A stretch of 64,000 bases of DNA from Nitrosopumilaceae archaeon (GCA_052389415.1 JBQTHX010000018.1:1-64000), one strand, 5' to 3'; shown: positions 20,462 to 29,468, counted from the stretch's first letter. The notes: generated from the letters alone by a model not told the origin. Program-made: numbers and translations.

Positions 20462-20994
20462 GCTCGCCACCAATCTAGTGCTATACAATCTACCTTATCT
20501 TTGCCCCGTGGTATAGCTAAGATAAATTGCTTCTTGACTGTAGTGGCAAGCCTCCCAGCCAGAACCACTCCTGTAGCAGTAATTGTATCACTGGTGTTAT
20601 AGACCTGAACTAAATAGGGAGCATGATCAATTCCAGGTCCTTTTTGATATACTGCAAAATCACAACCAAATTTTATTCCGGGATTTACTATGTATCCCTT
20701 TTCTCTGAAATCTTTGTAGACTGAATATTTTTTATCAAAGTTATGGTATTCTGACCTTGCTATTTGCAATAACTCCTTTTCTGAAATTTGTTTTTTTGCT
20801 TTGTAAACTTTAATTTTTGATTTTTGTATTAGGTAATATCCTTCTATTAAATCCAAAATCAGAGGTACGTTTATCTCATCTAGTTTTGGTTTTGATATTC
20901 CAACTGGTTTTCCATAATATCCCTGCACAAAAAGAGAACGCGAATCTTGGATGTTCCAGATTACGATTCTATTTTCTATTAGTTCGCCTTTCAA
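20458..20994 (-). CDS. endA: tRNA-splicing endonuclease, catalytic subunit
   Basis: G.KFG.DFAVY..GPG.DHA and R.A..VKK catalytic Y/H/K motifs. TTG start at 20994 (MKGELIENR) is inferred from the att duplication. Confidence 0.9.
   Translation of the reverse strand: MKGELIENRIVIWNIQDSRSLFVQGYYGKPVGISKPKLDEINVPLILDLIEGYYLIQKSKIKVYKAKKQISEKELLQIARSEYHNFDKKYSVYKDFREKGYIVNPGIKFGCDFAVYQKGPGIDHAPYLVQVYNTSDTITATGVVLAGRLATTVKKQFILAIPRGKDKVDCIALDWWRA
20982..20994. repeat. attL core (GTTCGCCTTTCAA)
   Basis: Identical to 32671-32683. Reverse complement TTGAAAGGCGAAC is the first 13 nt of endA. Confidence 0.85.
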
Positions 20995-21040
20995 TTTAGG
21001 ATTATTGTCACTTAAATGCCAGTAATTAACGTTATAGACC
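20995..21040. promoter_or_regulatory. Compact divergent promoter region between endA and the integrase
   Basis: 46 bp. TTAAAT at 21012-21017 lies 24-29 nt before the integrase ATG. TAATTAA at 21023-21029 lies ~30 nt before the endA TTG on the minus strand. Confidence 0.45.
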
Positions 21041-22297
21041 ATGCAACGAAGTCTACTGCGATTCGAAAATGCCATAAAGAGTGAATCTACAAGAAAGTCA
21101 TACAGGTATCAGCTACAAAAGTTTCTGGGATGGGCAAAAGTTCCTGAAGCTGATGGACTGTTGAAACTTAGTGATTCTGACTTGGAATTGTTGCTTGAGG
21201 ATTACCTGTTCTATAAAAAAACTAGAATCAGTCCTAATAGCATTCCTTTGATCTTTTCTCCACTTGAATTATTCTTTGGTATGAACGACAAAAATGTTAA
21301 TTTTAAAAAATTAAGAAAAATGTTTCCTGCTAAAGTGAAGAGAAGTGGTTATGCTGCTTGGAGTAATGAAGATGCTCGAAAAATACTTGATGGTGCGAAA
21401 GGTTATCGTAACAAAGCACTAGTTCACGTTCTTGCAAGTACTGGATGTCGACTAGGGGCTATTCCTACATTGAAAGTAGGTCATGTTTCAGACATGCAAG
21501 GTGGATGCAAAGCAATCCTTCTCTATGAAGGATCAAACGAAGAATACTACGGTTTCTTAACCCCTGAAGCAAGTAAGGCACTGGATGAATATTTGGAGAG
21601 ACGAAAACAGGACGGCGAAAAAGTAGGGATTGAATCTCCACTTTTCCGTTTACATTACAGGATAGGTTCAGCAAAGGTGGAACCGCTTAACATGATTGCC
21701 CTGCAAGCCACGATGGTGAACATCATGAAATATGCAAGACCTAAGAGACACAAGGTTGGAATACGATACAACATTCAGCTTGATCACGGTTTTAGAAAGA
21801 GATTTGCCACAATTATCAAAATGGATAAAAAGATCAGTTGGGCAGTAGGGGAAAAACTACTTGGTCATAAAACATATCTTGATGCGGAATATTTCAATCC
21901 TACAAAAGAAAACCTTTTTGCAGAATTTCAAAAGGTTGTTTTTAATCTTACAATCGACGATTCTGAAAGAAACAAAATAACCATTCATGATCTAAAACAG
22001 CATAATTCTACTCTTCAAGTCAAGACTGCAGAAATTCCTGAAATGAAGAAGCAGATTGAACATGATCACTTGATAGTTCAGGTATTGGCAAAAACTATGA
22101 AGGAGATTGGAATAAATTTTGAATATCCTGACGGCACGCCATATAAGATTGATGAAAATCTCAAAATCCCTGCTGAATACCTTCCTGAAACTGTTGCATA
22201 CGATAAACCTCTAGTTGCACATAGCGAAGAAATTTTTCGTAAGATGCGTGAAAAAAATAGTACTAATTTTTTTAATGGGGAAAAAAGGTCCTACTAA
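21041..22297 (+). CDS. Tyrosine recombinase/integrase
   Basis: TGCRLG (R), HGFRK (HxxR), LLGH and AEYF (Y) catalytic motifs. N-terminal T.KSY...L..F core-binding region and a C-terminal coiled-coil extension. Confidence 0.93.
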   Translation: MQRSLLRFENAIKSESTRKSYRYQLQKFLGWAKVPEADGLLKLSDSDLELLLEDYLFYKKTRISPNSIPLIFSPLELFFGMNDKNVNFKKLRKMFPAKVKRSGYAAWSNEDARKILDGAKGYRNKALVHVLASTGCRLGAIPTLKVGHVSDMQGGCKAILLYEGSNEEYYGFLTPEASKALDEYLERRKQDGEKVGIESPLFRLHYRIGSAKVEPLNMIALQATMVNIMKYARPKRHKVGIRYNIQLDHGFRKRFATIIKMDKKISWAVGEKLLGHKTYLDAEYFNPTKENLFAEFQKVVFNLTIDDSERNKITIHDLKQHNSTLQVKTAEIPEMKKQIEHDHLIVQVLAKTMKEIGINFEYPDGTPYKIDENLKIPAEYLPETVAYDKPLVAHSEEIFRKMREKNSTNFFNGEKRSY

Positions 22298-22489
22298 ATT
22301 TTAGAGAATTTTTTCTTGTTTTAATTACTTAGTAAAATAAATTCATCACACTTTATACATTTCCAGAAACCTATGATTACGCCTAAAACCTCACACTAAG
22401 CGTGATATGATGTGTGATATTATAAAAAATGTGAAAATAGCCATAATGTTAGGCATAACAAAATCACATTTTGATAGCTACCACAGGCA

Positions 22490-22975
22490 TAACGTTTTCA
22501 GTACCGCATATTTTTTATGTTCACATAATTTTTTAAAATCACATAATTACACATTTTAGGCACATAATTAACATCTAGATATTCACATAAAAAATTGCCA
22601 AAAGTTTTTTTTGACCCGATACAGCTTGTTTGACACATCTTATGATTTGAATCTTTTAGGTCCATAAGAAAATCTTAGGAATAAGATTTTGAAATATTCT
22701 AAGATCAGGCATTTTATTCCTAAGATTCCTTCTATCTTGTTCCTAAGAAAAAAGGTATTGTAATAACATTTAGCATATTTGCTTGTAATACCATATGACT
22801 CGTTGCAGGAAACGTCATAATATGGGACGAGTGAGTTCTTATAGGCTCATATTAAAATCATGTGCACATGATTTTATGATATCACATGATCTGGTTTTTT
22901 GTTCACATGATCATTCACAAGCTACGCACATGAAAAAGAGGTCTATTCAAATGAAAAAAGCTTGTATGACAAAAG
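22490..22975. repeat. Non-coding array of three homologous units with unit-specific heptamer repeats
   Basis: Heptamer starts: CACATAA 22522/22540/22561/22584; nnTAAGA 22680/22698/22719/22742; CACATGA 22865/22883/22904/22927. All are spaced 18/21/23 and each set begins within a 22-bp palindrome. Confidence 0.9.
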
Positions 22976-23035
22976 CCTCGACATAAGCTTGATTATTTTG
23001 TACAAAAAGATGCGAATTTATCCATTTATGCAACA

Positions 23036-23061
23036 ATTGCGTAATCATTGTATAGATTACG
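23036..23061. repeat. Symmetric 26-bp site, copy 1 (ATTGCGTAATC-N8-GATTACG)
   Basis: 23/26 identical to 24014-24039. Contains the stop codon of the nfo-like gene. Confidence 0.75.
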
Positions 23062-23902
23062 CGGATAATTCCTTTACTTTTTTTATGTTTCCAAAGTCAT
23101 CGCGTCTATCATCTATTGGCGTTTCCAAAATGATTGGAATCTTCTTAGAACTAGCAAATTTAATCACGTGTCTGAGTCCTTCTTCTCCTATCTTGCCTAA
23201 TCCAATGTGCTCATGTCTGTTTACGTTGCACCCTATTTCTCCCTTCGAATCATTTAGATGAATTAGTTTGAGGTGCTCAAATCCTATGGATTCATCAAAT
23301 TTTTTAAGCGTTGTTGAAACTGATGTTTCAGTTCGTAAATCATATCCTGCTGCAAATGCATGGCAAGTGTCAAAGCAGATGCCAAACCTATTTGCAGGTT
23401 TGAGTTGCCGCAAAATGGAAGCTAGCTGCTCAAAATCAGAACCTACGCTGTTTTTGAATCCAGCCGTGTTCTGAAGAAGAATCATAACATCGTTTTGGTT
23501 TTCTGAAGTAGCTTTTGTAAACGCTTCAACAAGCTTTTCTATTGCCCTCTCGTCACCCGCTCCCATGTGGCTTCCTAGCTTAGATATGAGGTATGGAATG
23601 CCTAGTTGACCAGCTCTTCTTGTCTCATCAATTAAGCTGTTCAAAGATCTTACAAAAAAATCTCCATGTGGAGATGATAGATTTGACAGAATTGGCATTT
23701 TAGCAAACGTTGCAAACCTGTCAATTTTACTTGCAGCAAGTTTTTCTCTAAAATTAGTTATAACATCATTTGAAAGTGGTTTTGCTTTCCACCCACGTGG
23801 ATTTCTTGTAAAAATTTGAAAAGCAGTGCAACCAAGAGTTAGTGCGTTATCTACTGCTCTATCGATGGAACCACTGATGGATACATGCATTCCAAGCTGC
23901 AT
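23057..23902 (-). CDS. Endonuclease IV (Nfo)-like paralog with substituted metal ligands
   Basis: GMHVSI.G, QIFTRNPRGW, CFDTCH, HLNDSK and ILETP are intact, but K68, I71, K108, Q144 and N228 replace canonical H, Y, H, E and D. Confidence 0.9.
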   Translation of the reverse strand: MQLGMHVSISGSIDRAVDNALTLGCTAFQIFTRNPRGWKAKPLSNDVITNFREKLAASKIDRFATFAKMPILSNLSSPHGDFFVRSLNSLIDETRRAGQLGIPYLISKLGSHMGAGDERAIEKLVEAFTKATSENQNDVMILLQNTAGFKNSVGSDFEQLASILRQLKPANRFGICFDTCHAFAAGYDLRTETSVSTTLKKFDESIGFEHLKLIHLNDSKGEIGCNVNRHEHIGLGKIGEEGLRHVIKFASSKKIPIILETPIDDRRDDFGNIKKVKELSA

Positions 23903-24013
23903 CGTCTTTCATCTATAACAAGTCGGTGATTTAGATAAACTGGATCGTCTCATATACGAATAAAATTTTAATTTCATGTGAGAATTAGATTTACCGTCGT
24001 AATCCTAAACAAG

Positions 24014-24039
24014 ATTGCGTAATCTTAGTAGAGATTACG
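24014..24039. repeat. Symmetric 26-bp site, copy 2
   Basis: ATTGCGTAATCTTAGTAGAGATTACG, preceded by an overlapping similar unit at 23998-24019. Confidence 0.75.
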
Positions 24040-24278
24040 AAATAAAATCAAATCATACGCAAGAACAGAAACGCAGATAGATCCTAATCTATGCTGGATC
24101 TCAACAGACTAGAACCAATATTGTAGTTTGAACAAAGATTCAATCGATATACATGGAAGTGTCAAAAAGACACCTGCTGAACAAGATGAAATAAAGCTAA
24201 TTTTGGTCAGAATAAGATAATCGTTTGTCGAAAAACTTTAGGCTTTATATATTTATTTTATAAAATGTACAAATATTT

Positions 24279-24301
24279 TATCTTTACAACAAGTAAAGAT
24301 A
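24279..24301. promoter_or_regulatory. Inverted repeat (candidate operator) upstream of the Lamassu operon
   Basis: TATCTTTAC-aacaa-GTAAAGATA, a perfect 9-bp stem abutting the TATA-like ATATTAA ~26 nt before the GTG at 24330. Confidence 0.45.
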
Positions 24302-24329
24302 TTAACTAATCACAAATGATGATCAAGAA

Positions 24330-25549
24330 GTGGGAAAATTTTCTGCAGCTTCGTCTGCTCTCGGATACCTATTTCAGGCAAGGGAAGGATTACTCCTATT
24401 ACTAAATTCAGAACCAAAAACTGTCATGTATTTAGAACGTTTTGATGACATAGAATTTGAAAAAGATGGTTCACCAACGGAACTAATACAGTTAAAACAC
24501 AAACCAAGGTCGGCAACATCTCTGTCGGATACTAGCCCGGACATATGGAAAACACTACGAATTTGGATTGAAGCGCATAAGAGCCGCCATGTTAACTTAG
24601 ATAACACAATTTTCACCATAATTACTACAAATAAGGCAGAACATAATTCTGTAGCAAGTGTATTAGGATTAGATCAATCTAAACGGGATGTCAAATACGC
24701 TGTGGAGACTCTAACAACAGTGGCTAAAACTTCAGTTAGTAAGACTAACGAAGTAGCATACAAAGTCTTCTTAAATCTAGAATACGGCGAACAATACAAA
24801 TTATTAGATAGCACAAGAATCATAGATTCAGCTTCAACTATAGTAAATTTGCAAGAGGCATTCTACAAAAAATTAAGAATAGCCATTGACCAGAACACCT
24901 CAAATCCTTCCTCGAACGATTAGAGGGGTGGTGGTTTGGCGTTGTCATTAGTCATTTATCCGGTGACTCTTCAGAACCAATTCATTATGAGGAGTTAGAA
25001 GCAAAGATTCATGATCTAAGTGACCAGTATCGAGTTGAAGATCTGCCAATAGATTACAGAAACCTGATTCCTACAGAGGAAGCAGAATTAACAGCAAAAC
25101 AACAAATTTTTGTAAATCAACTAAACATCATCATGTTAAGACAACCCAGAATAAAAAAAGCTATTACCGATTATTACAAAGCGTATAATCAACGGTCAAG
25201 ATGGGTAAGAGAAAAGCTTGTTTTTCTCAACGAACTAAGTGAATATGAATCACAGTTAATTGATGAATGGGAACGTTATTTCTTTAAAGTTGATGAAGGT
25301 CTTCGTTCTACCCCCACCGAAGGCGAGTTAGTGAGTGCAGGAAGAACAATTTTTGACTGGATGGATACTCAAGCCGATTTCTGCATAAGAAAGTATTGTA
25401 CGGAACCATACGTTATGAGAGGCACGTATCATATTCTTGCAAATAAACTTCGTGTAGGCTGGCATCCAAAATTCCTAGAGCGTCTACAAGAATTACTTTC
25501 ACCAGATTCGGAGAAACATTATGGAACAACAGAAAGAGCGTCCAATTGA
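24330..25549 (+). pseudogene. Frameshifted Lamassu/ABC-3C effector (LmuA-like; Cap4-type PD-(D/E)xK nuclease plus C-terminal domain)
   Basis: The N-part has GY.FQ and E.FDDIEF...IQLKH. The -1 frame from 24890 is open to 25549 (EHLKSFLERLEGWW...LP.D...QRSRW...RGTYH.LAN..VGWHP). The joined product is ~406 aa. Confidence 0.8.
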
Positions 25550-26006
25550 AATAGCGTCCCTTCTTAATCCAGCATTTTGTGGTCAGACTATATTGCATTG
25601 TATTTACAAATTTGAAAAAGTTGCTTCAGATGGATTCCCATACCCGTTGGTTTTTCTAGTATTGCCATTAATACTACATCAGGAAACAAGAGCAAAGGTT
25701 CCTTCTTTTACCCGCATCCCGTTTCATGTTTGGCTCCATAAAAATCAGAATCTGTTAATTGGCTTCGCAGAACGTGCAAAACAATTGGTCACAATTACGA
25801 AAGAAGCCATTGCATTCTTGGCGAGTTATGACGTACTTAAATTAGAAGATGGAAAATTCAGAGTTAGTAACTTTGAACCAAAATATGATGCTGCTATCTC
25901 ACTGGATGTAAAGGATTGCTTTGCGAAGGCGGAAGTATTAGGAAAGTGGTTTGCAAGAACGGGTACTACAGCGACAATATATTCTATGTTAGGAGTGCAA
26001 CCCTAG
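25521..26006 (+). CDS. ABC-three-component middle component (LmuC-like, DUF6521-type)
   Basis: LLNPAFCG, FLVLPLILH..TR, LGKWF motifs. Lies between the effector and the ATPase. Confidence 0.85.
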   Translation: MEQQKERPIEIASLLNPAFCGQTILHCIYKFEKVASDGFPYPLVFLVLPLILHQETRAKVPSFTRIPFHVWLHKNQNLLIGFAERAKQLVTITKEAIAFLASYDVLKLEDGKFRVSNFEPKYDAAISLDVKDCFAKAEVLGKWFARTGTTATIYSMLGVQP

Positions 26007-26007
26007 T

Positions 26008-27924
26008 TTGCAAATTTTGCAAGTAATTCTATATGGTTATAATAACAAAGTACGTACGTTATCGTTTAAACTAGGCTCAGTAAACATAATCACTGGTAAT
26101 TCTGCAACAGGCAAATCCGCCATACTAGAAATTGTTGATTATTGTTTAGGTAAATCGGAATGTTCGGTACCAGCTGGCGTCATCCGTGATTCAGTAAGAT
26201 GGTTCGGAATTGTTCTACAACTGAAAAATAGTCAAATGTTTATTGCAAGGAAAAATCCTCCAGCTGGTAGCACATCTTCAGAAGTGTACATAGAGGAAGC
26301 TAAAGAGATTCGTATTCCGTCCTCTCCAATGCCAAGTAATAGTAATGTTGATGCATTAATTGAGACTCTGAGTAATAAAGTCGGAATATCTCCTAATCTT
26401 TACATTCCACCGAGAGGTCAAACGCGAGAAAAGTTATCCGCGACGATACGTCATACTACATTCTTCTGTTTTCAAAAGCAGGATGAAATTGCGACCAACA
26501 GATATCTATTCCATCGTCAAGCAGATGGTTTTATCGCGCAATCGATTAAGGATTCTTTAGAATATTTTTTGGGCGCGATTAGGGAAGACAGATTAGCATT
26601 ACTACAGAAATTAACTCTAGAAAAGAGGAATTTAAGCAAAGCAGAACGAGAACTGGTCGAGGCAGAAGCAATTAGAGGGGAAGGAATAAGCAAAGCTGTA
26701 GGATTAATAATACAAGCCAAAGAAGTTGGACTTGCTTCTCAGGAAGTTAACACACAAACACCGGAAGAATATCTAAAAGTGCTCCAAAATATTTCAAAAT
26801 GGAGACCTCGCGATCTAAAGGTTCCAAAAGCAAATCTTTTAGAAAAACTACAAGATGACCTGCTGACACTAAAAGAAGAATTAAGAAGGAAAAATGAAGA
26901 AATAAATTCAGCAGTTACATTCTCTCAAGAGGCAGAAGGATTTACGGATGAGATACAATATCAAGAACACCGTCTCGAATCTATAGGGCTATTTGATGAA
27001 CACAGTGAATCCGATTGCCCCATGTGTTCGCAGCCTATTAAGGAAAGGAGTGATAAAGCTAAAGAAATTCAAAAGATGATTCATGAACTAAAAAATAATC
27101 TTGAGGGCTCACTGAGAACAAGATCGAATATTAGAGATTACATAGCAAAATCTGACGAAGAAGCAGAATCGATCAGAAAGAAAATCGACGAAAAAACCAT
27201 TGAAATTTCATCGTTAATACAAGAACATGAATCATCAAGCAAGTTACGTGATGAGAATATCCGGCAAAGCCAGATCATTGGCAAGATAAAATTTTGGCTC
27301 GAGAGTGTTGCTCTTACAGACGAAACGTCAGAATTGCGGTTGGCTGTTGAAAAAGCTAAGAAGAAAGTGAAGGAACTAGAATCATTAATTTCTGATGAGG
27401 AGAGAATAATGCGTCTAACTAGGATTTTGAACATTATCGGAAGGCAAATGTCTATTTGGACAGAAGAATTAGAATTAGAGCATAGTGGATATCCTGTTTA
27501 TTTTGATATTCACAAATTAACAGTTGGAGTAGAAAAAGATGAACAATATATTCCTCTAATAGAAATGGGGAGTGGCGAGAATTGGTTAGGCTATCATATA
27601 ATAGTAAATTTTGCTCTGCATTTGTATTTCCATCGGCATAATAGACCAGTACCAAGTTTTCTCTTCTTAGATCAACCGTCTCAAGTCTATTTCCCGCCAG
27701 ATTTAGCAGATGAGTCGAAGGGTTCAATAGCTAAACTGAAAGATCGAGATAGAGATGCGATTAAAAGGATATACAATTTCATTTTCAAAGTTACAGAATC
27801 AATGGCGCCAAACTTTCAGGTAATAGTAACGGATCATGCAAAGTTGGACGATCCTAAATTCCTTAAAAGTATTAGAGAAGAATGGAGAGACGGTAAAGCT
27901 TTGATTCCTCAAGATTGGCAATAG
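26008..27924 (+). CDS. SMC/Rad50-like ABC ATPase (LmuB-like, DUF3732-type)
   Basis: Walker A GNSATGKS, coiled coils, CPMC Zn hook, GSGENW signature, FLFLDQPSQ Walker B, TDHA. Confidence 0.9.
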   Translation: MQILQVILYGYNNKVRTLSFKLGSVNIITGNSATGKSAILEIVDYCLGKSECSVPAGVIRDSVRWFGIVLQLKNSQMFIARKNPPAGSTSSEVYIEEAKEIRIPSSPMPSNSNVDALIETLSNKVGISPNLYIPPRGQTREKLSATIRHTTFFCFQKQDEIATNRYLFHRQADGFIAQSIKDSLEYFLGAIREDRLALLQKLTLEKRNLSKAERELVEAEAIRGEGISKAVGLIIQAKEVGLASQEVNTQTPEEYLKVLQNISKWRPRDLKVPKANLLEKLQDDLLTLKEELRRKNEEINSAVTFSQEAEGFTDEIQYQEHRLESIGLFDEHSESDCPMCSQPIKERSDKAKEIQKMIHELKNNLEGSLRTRSNIRDYIAKSDEEAESIRKKIDEKTIEISSLIQEHESSSKLRDENIRQSQIIGKIKFWLESVALTDETSELRLAVEKAKKKVKELESLISDEERIMRLTRILNIIGRQMSIWTEELELEHSGYPVYFDIHKLTVGVEKDEQYIPLIEMGSGENWLGYHIIVNFALHLYFHRHNRPVPSFLFLDQPSQVYFPPDLADESKGSIAKLKDRDRDAIKRIYNFIFKVTESMAPNFQVIVTDHAKLDDPKFLKSIREEWRDGKALIPQDWQ

Positions 27925-28387
27925 GCGGTGACAAATTAATGACAGGACGATTCATGGAGTCTTTTCCAGATGTTGAAATTATAACTTGAATCTTATTTCA
28001 ACTTAAAATATCACTTTCAGGAACAACTGATGCCTTTGGATGTTAAGATTGTAGTAGATCCTGCCAAACAAATAGGATGATACATGTCTTGCATTGATAA
28101 TGTTGTATTGGCTGCTTTTGCGTTTTACTATCAATGAAAACTATGACTAAATTCAATGGAAATAAGATTAATTTTGTTAATTAATGAATGACGTGGCAAT
28201 AAATTTCTAAACAATAATCTTTTCGTGCAAATTTTCTAAACGATTAAAATTTCCAGTTTAGGAAATGTGAAACTGATGAATTCTACTTAAAGTTTAATAA
28301 AATCGACTATACGACCACGGTATGAATGTATTTTTGAATCATGACATCCATTCAGGCATATATTTCGAAAGGGATATGATGTAATAG

Positions 28388-29452
28388 ATGTATCCACTGA
28401 TTGACGCCGCACGACTTTACGATGAACTTGCTTTGTCGTCGGAGAGAATTAAATGGTCTTGGGCTTGCAGAATTTTAGATAAATCCAACCTTAAGATTGA
28501 TACTTCACTGCCAACGACGCCAAGAGCTGGTGATATTGTTCTTGTAAGAGTGGAACAAATTGGTTATCATAAATCAATCATAGCTTCTAGCAATAAAAAA
28601 CTCCGTATATATGATGGCGATCTTATCATGGGAATTTTTGGGAACCGATATGCCACAAACGCACTTGAAGGTGTAGTCGAAGGATTTGAAAACCTCAGCA
28701 TTTTGACTGCAGGTGGAATGATTGGAACGGTAAAATCCAAACATCAAGACTTTGGGAAAACTACCAACGTCTCATTTATTGGGTTTCTAAATGACAAGAG
28801 TAACCATAGGGTTAACCTAAAAGAACTGAAATTTCACAAATCGAAACCAGTCAGCGATACAAAAAATCTAATAGTTTTAGTTGGAACAGGAATGAATACA
28901 GGCAAAACAACATCTGTTAGAATGCTAATTAGAGGACTTTCAAAAAGGGATCTAAAAATAGCTGCATGCAAACTTACAGGTAGTGTGTCAAATAGAGACG
29001 CAGACGAAATGAGGTCCGCATCAGCTAGCTGTACAATTGATTTTAGCGATTATGGATTTCCTTCAACATATCTGTGTGACAAAGAAGAGTTACTTGATCT
29101 CTTCAATAATATGTTATCTGATGTGGAAAAGTTAAATCCAGACGCAACGGTGATGGAAATTGCTGATGGTATTCTTCAAAGAGAAACCATGATGCTTCTT
29201 GAGGATCCATCAATTAAAAAAAGAGTCAAAGGCATTATACTAACAGCGGAAAGTGCACCATCTGCGCTTTATGGTGTTGACAAACTCAAAAAATTAGGTT
29301 ACAATATAATCGGGGTATCGGGTGCAATGACATCGTCACCATTATTTGTAAAAGAATTCAGGCAAAACTGCGAAGTCAGAGTAGCGTCATCTGTTGATTC
29401 GGCGGATGAATTGGTCGAAATTGTTCACAAGGCTATTACTATGGAAAACTAG
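28388..29452 (+). CDS. DUF1611-like P-loop NTPase (BioD/SIMIBI-type)
   Basis: GNRYAT, GTGMNTGKTT, KLTG....D, DF.D.GFPSTY, EIADGILQRET. Confidence 0.7.
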   Translation: MYPLIDAARLYDELALSSERIKWSWACRILDKSNLKIDTSLPTTPRAGDIVLVRVEQIGYHKSIIASSNKKLRIYDGDLIMGIFGNRYATNALEGVVEGFENLSILTAGGMIGTVKSKHQDFGKTTNVSFIGFLNDKSNHRVNLKELKFHKSKPVSDTKNLIVLVGTGMNTGKTTSVRMLIRGLSKRDLKIAACKLTGSVSNRDADEMRSASASCTIDFSDYGFPSTYLCDKEELLDLFNNMLSDVEKLNPDATVMEIADGILQRETMMLLEDPSIKKRVKGIILTAESAPSALYGVDKLKKLGYNIIGVSGAMTSSPLFVKEFRQNCEVRVASSVDSADELVEIVHKAITMEN

Positions 29453-29468
29453 AAGACATTGTTGAAGA

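Noticed and set aside
20995-21075. Extended endA N-terminus from the ORF track
   Set aside because: It overlaps the integrase start and lies in element DNA. The att duplication points to the TTG at 20994.
22443-22495. Possible fourth array unit (ATAATGTTAGG|CATAACAAAAT)
   Set aside because: It has a palindrome of similar form, but later copies do not follow the 18/21/23 spacing. At most a degenerate remnant.
22490-22975. CRISPR array interpretation of the repeats
   Set aside because: Repeats are 7-9 bp, differ between units and are 18-23 bp apart. No cas genes are present.
22795-23261. ORFs 22795-22986 and 22962-23261
   Set aside because: The first translates repeat unit 3 (repeated HD/HM). 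The second is mostly antisense to the nfo-like gene.
24864-24875. A6 run as a programmed -1 frameshift site in the effector
   Set aside because: The -1 frame hits TGA at 24887-24889 right after it.
27989-28169. 13-bp imperfect inverted repeat, and a minus-strand QHYQCKTC fragment suggesting a MITE or IS remnant
   Set aside because: Short and AT-rich, with no clear target duplication or transposase frame.
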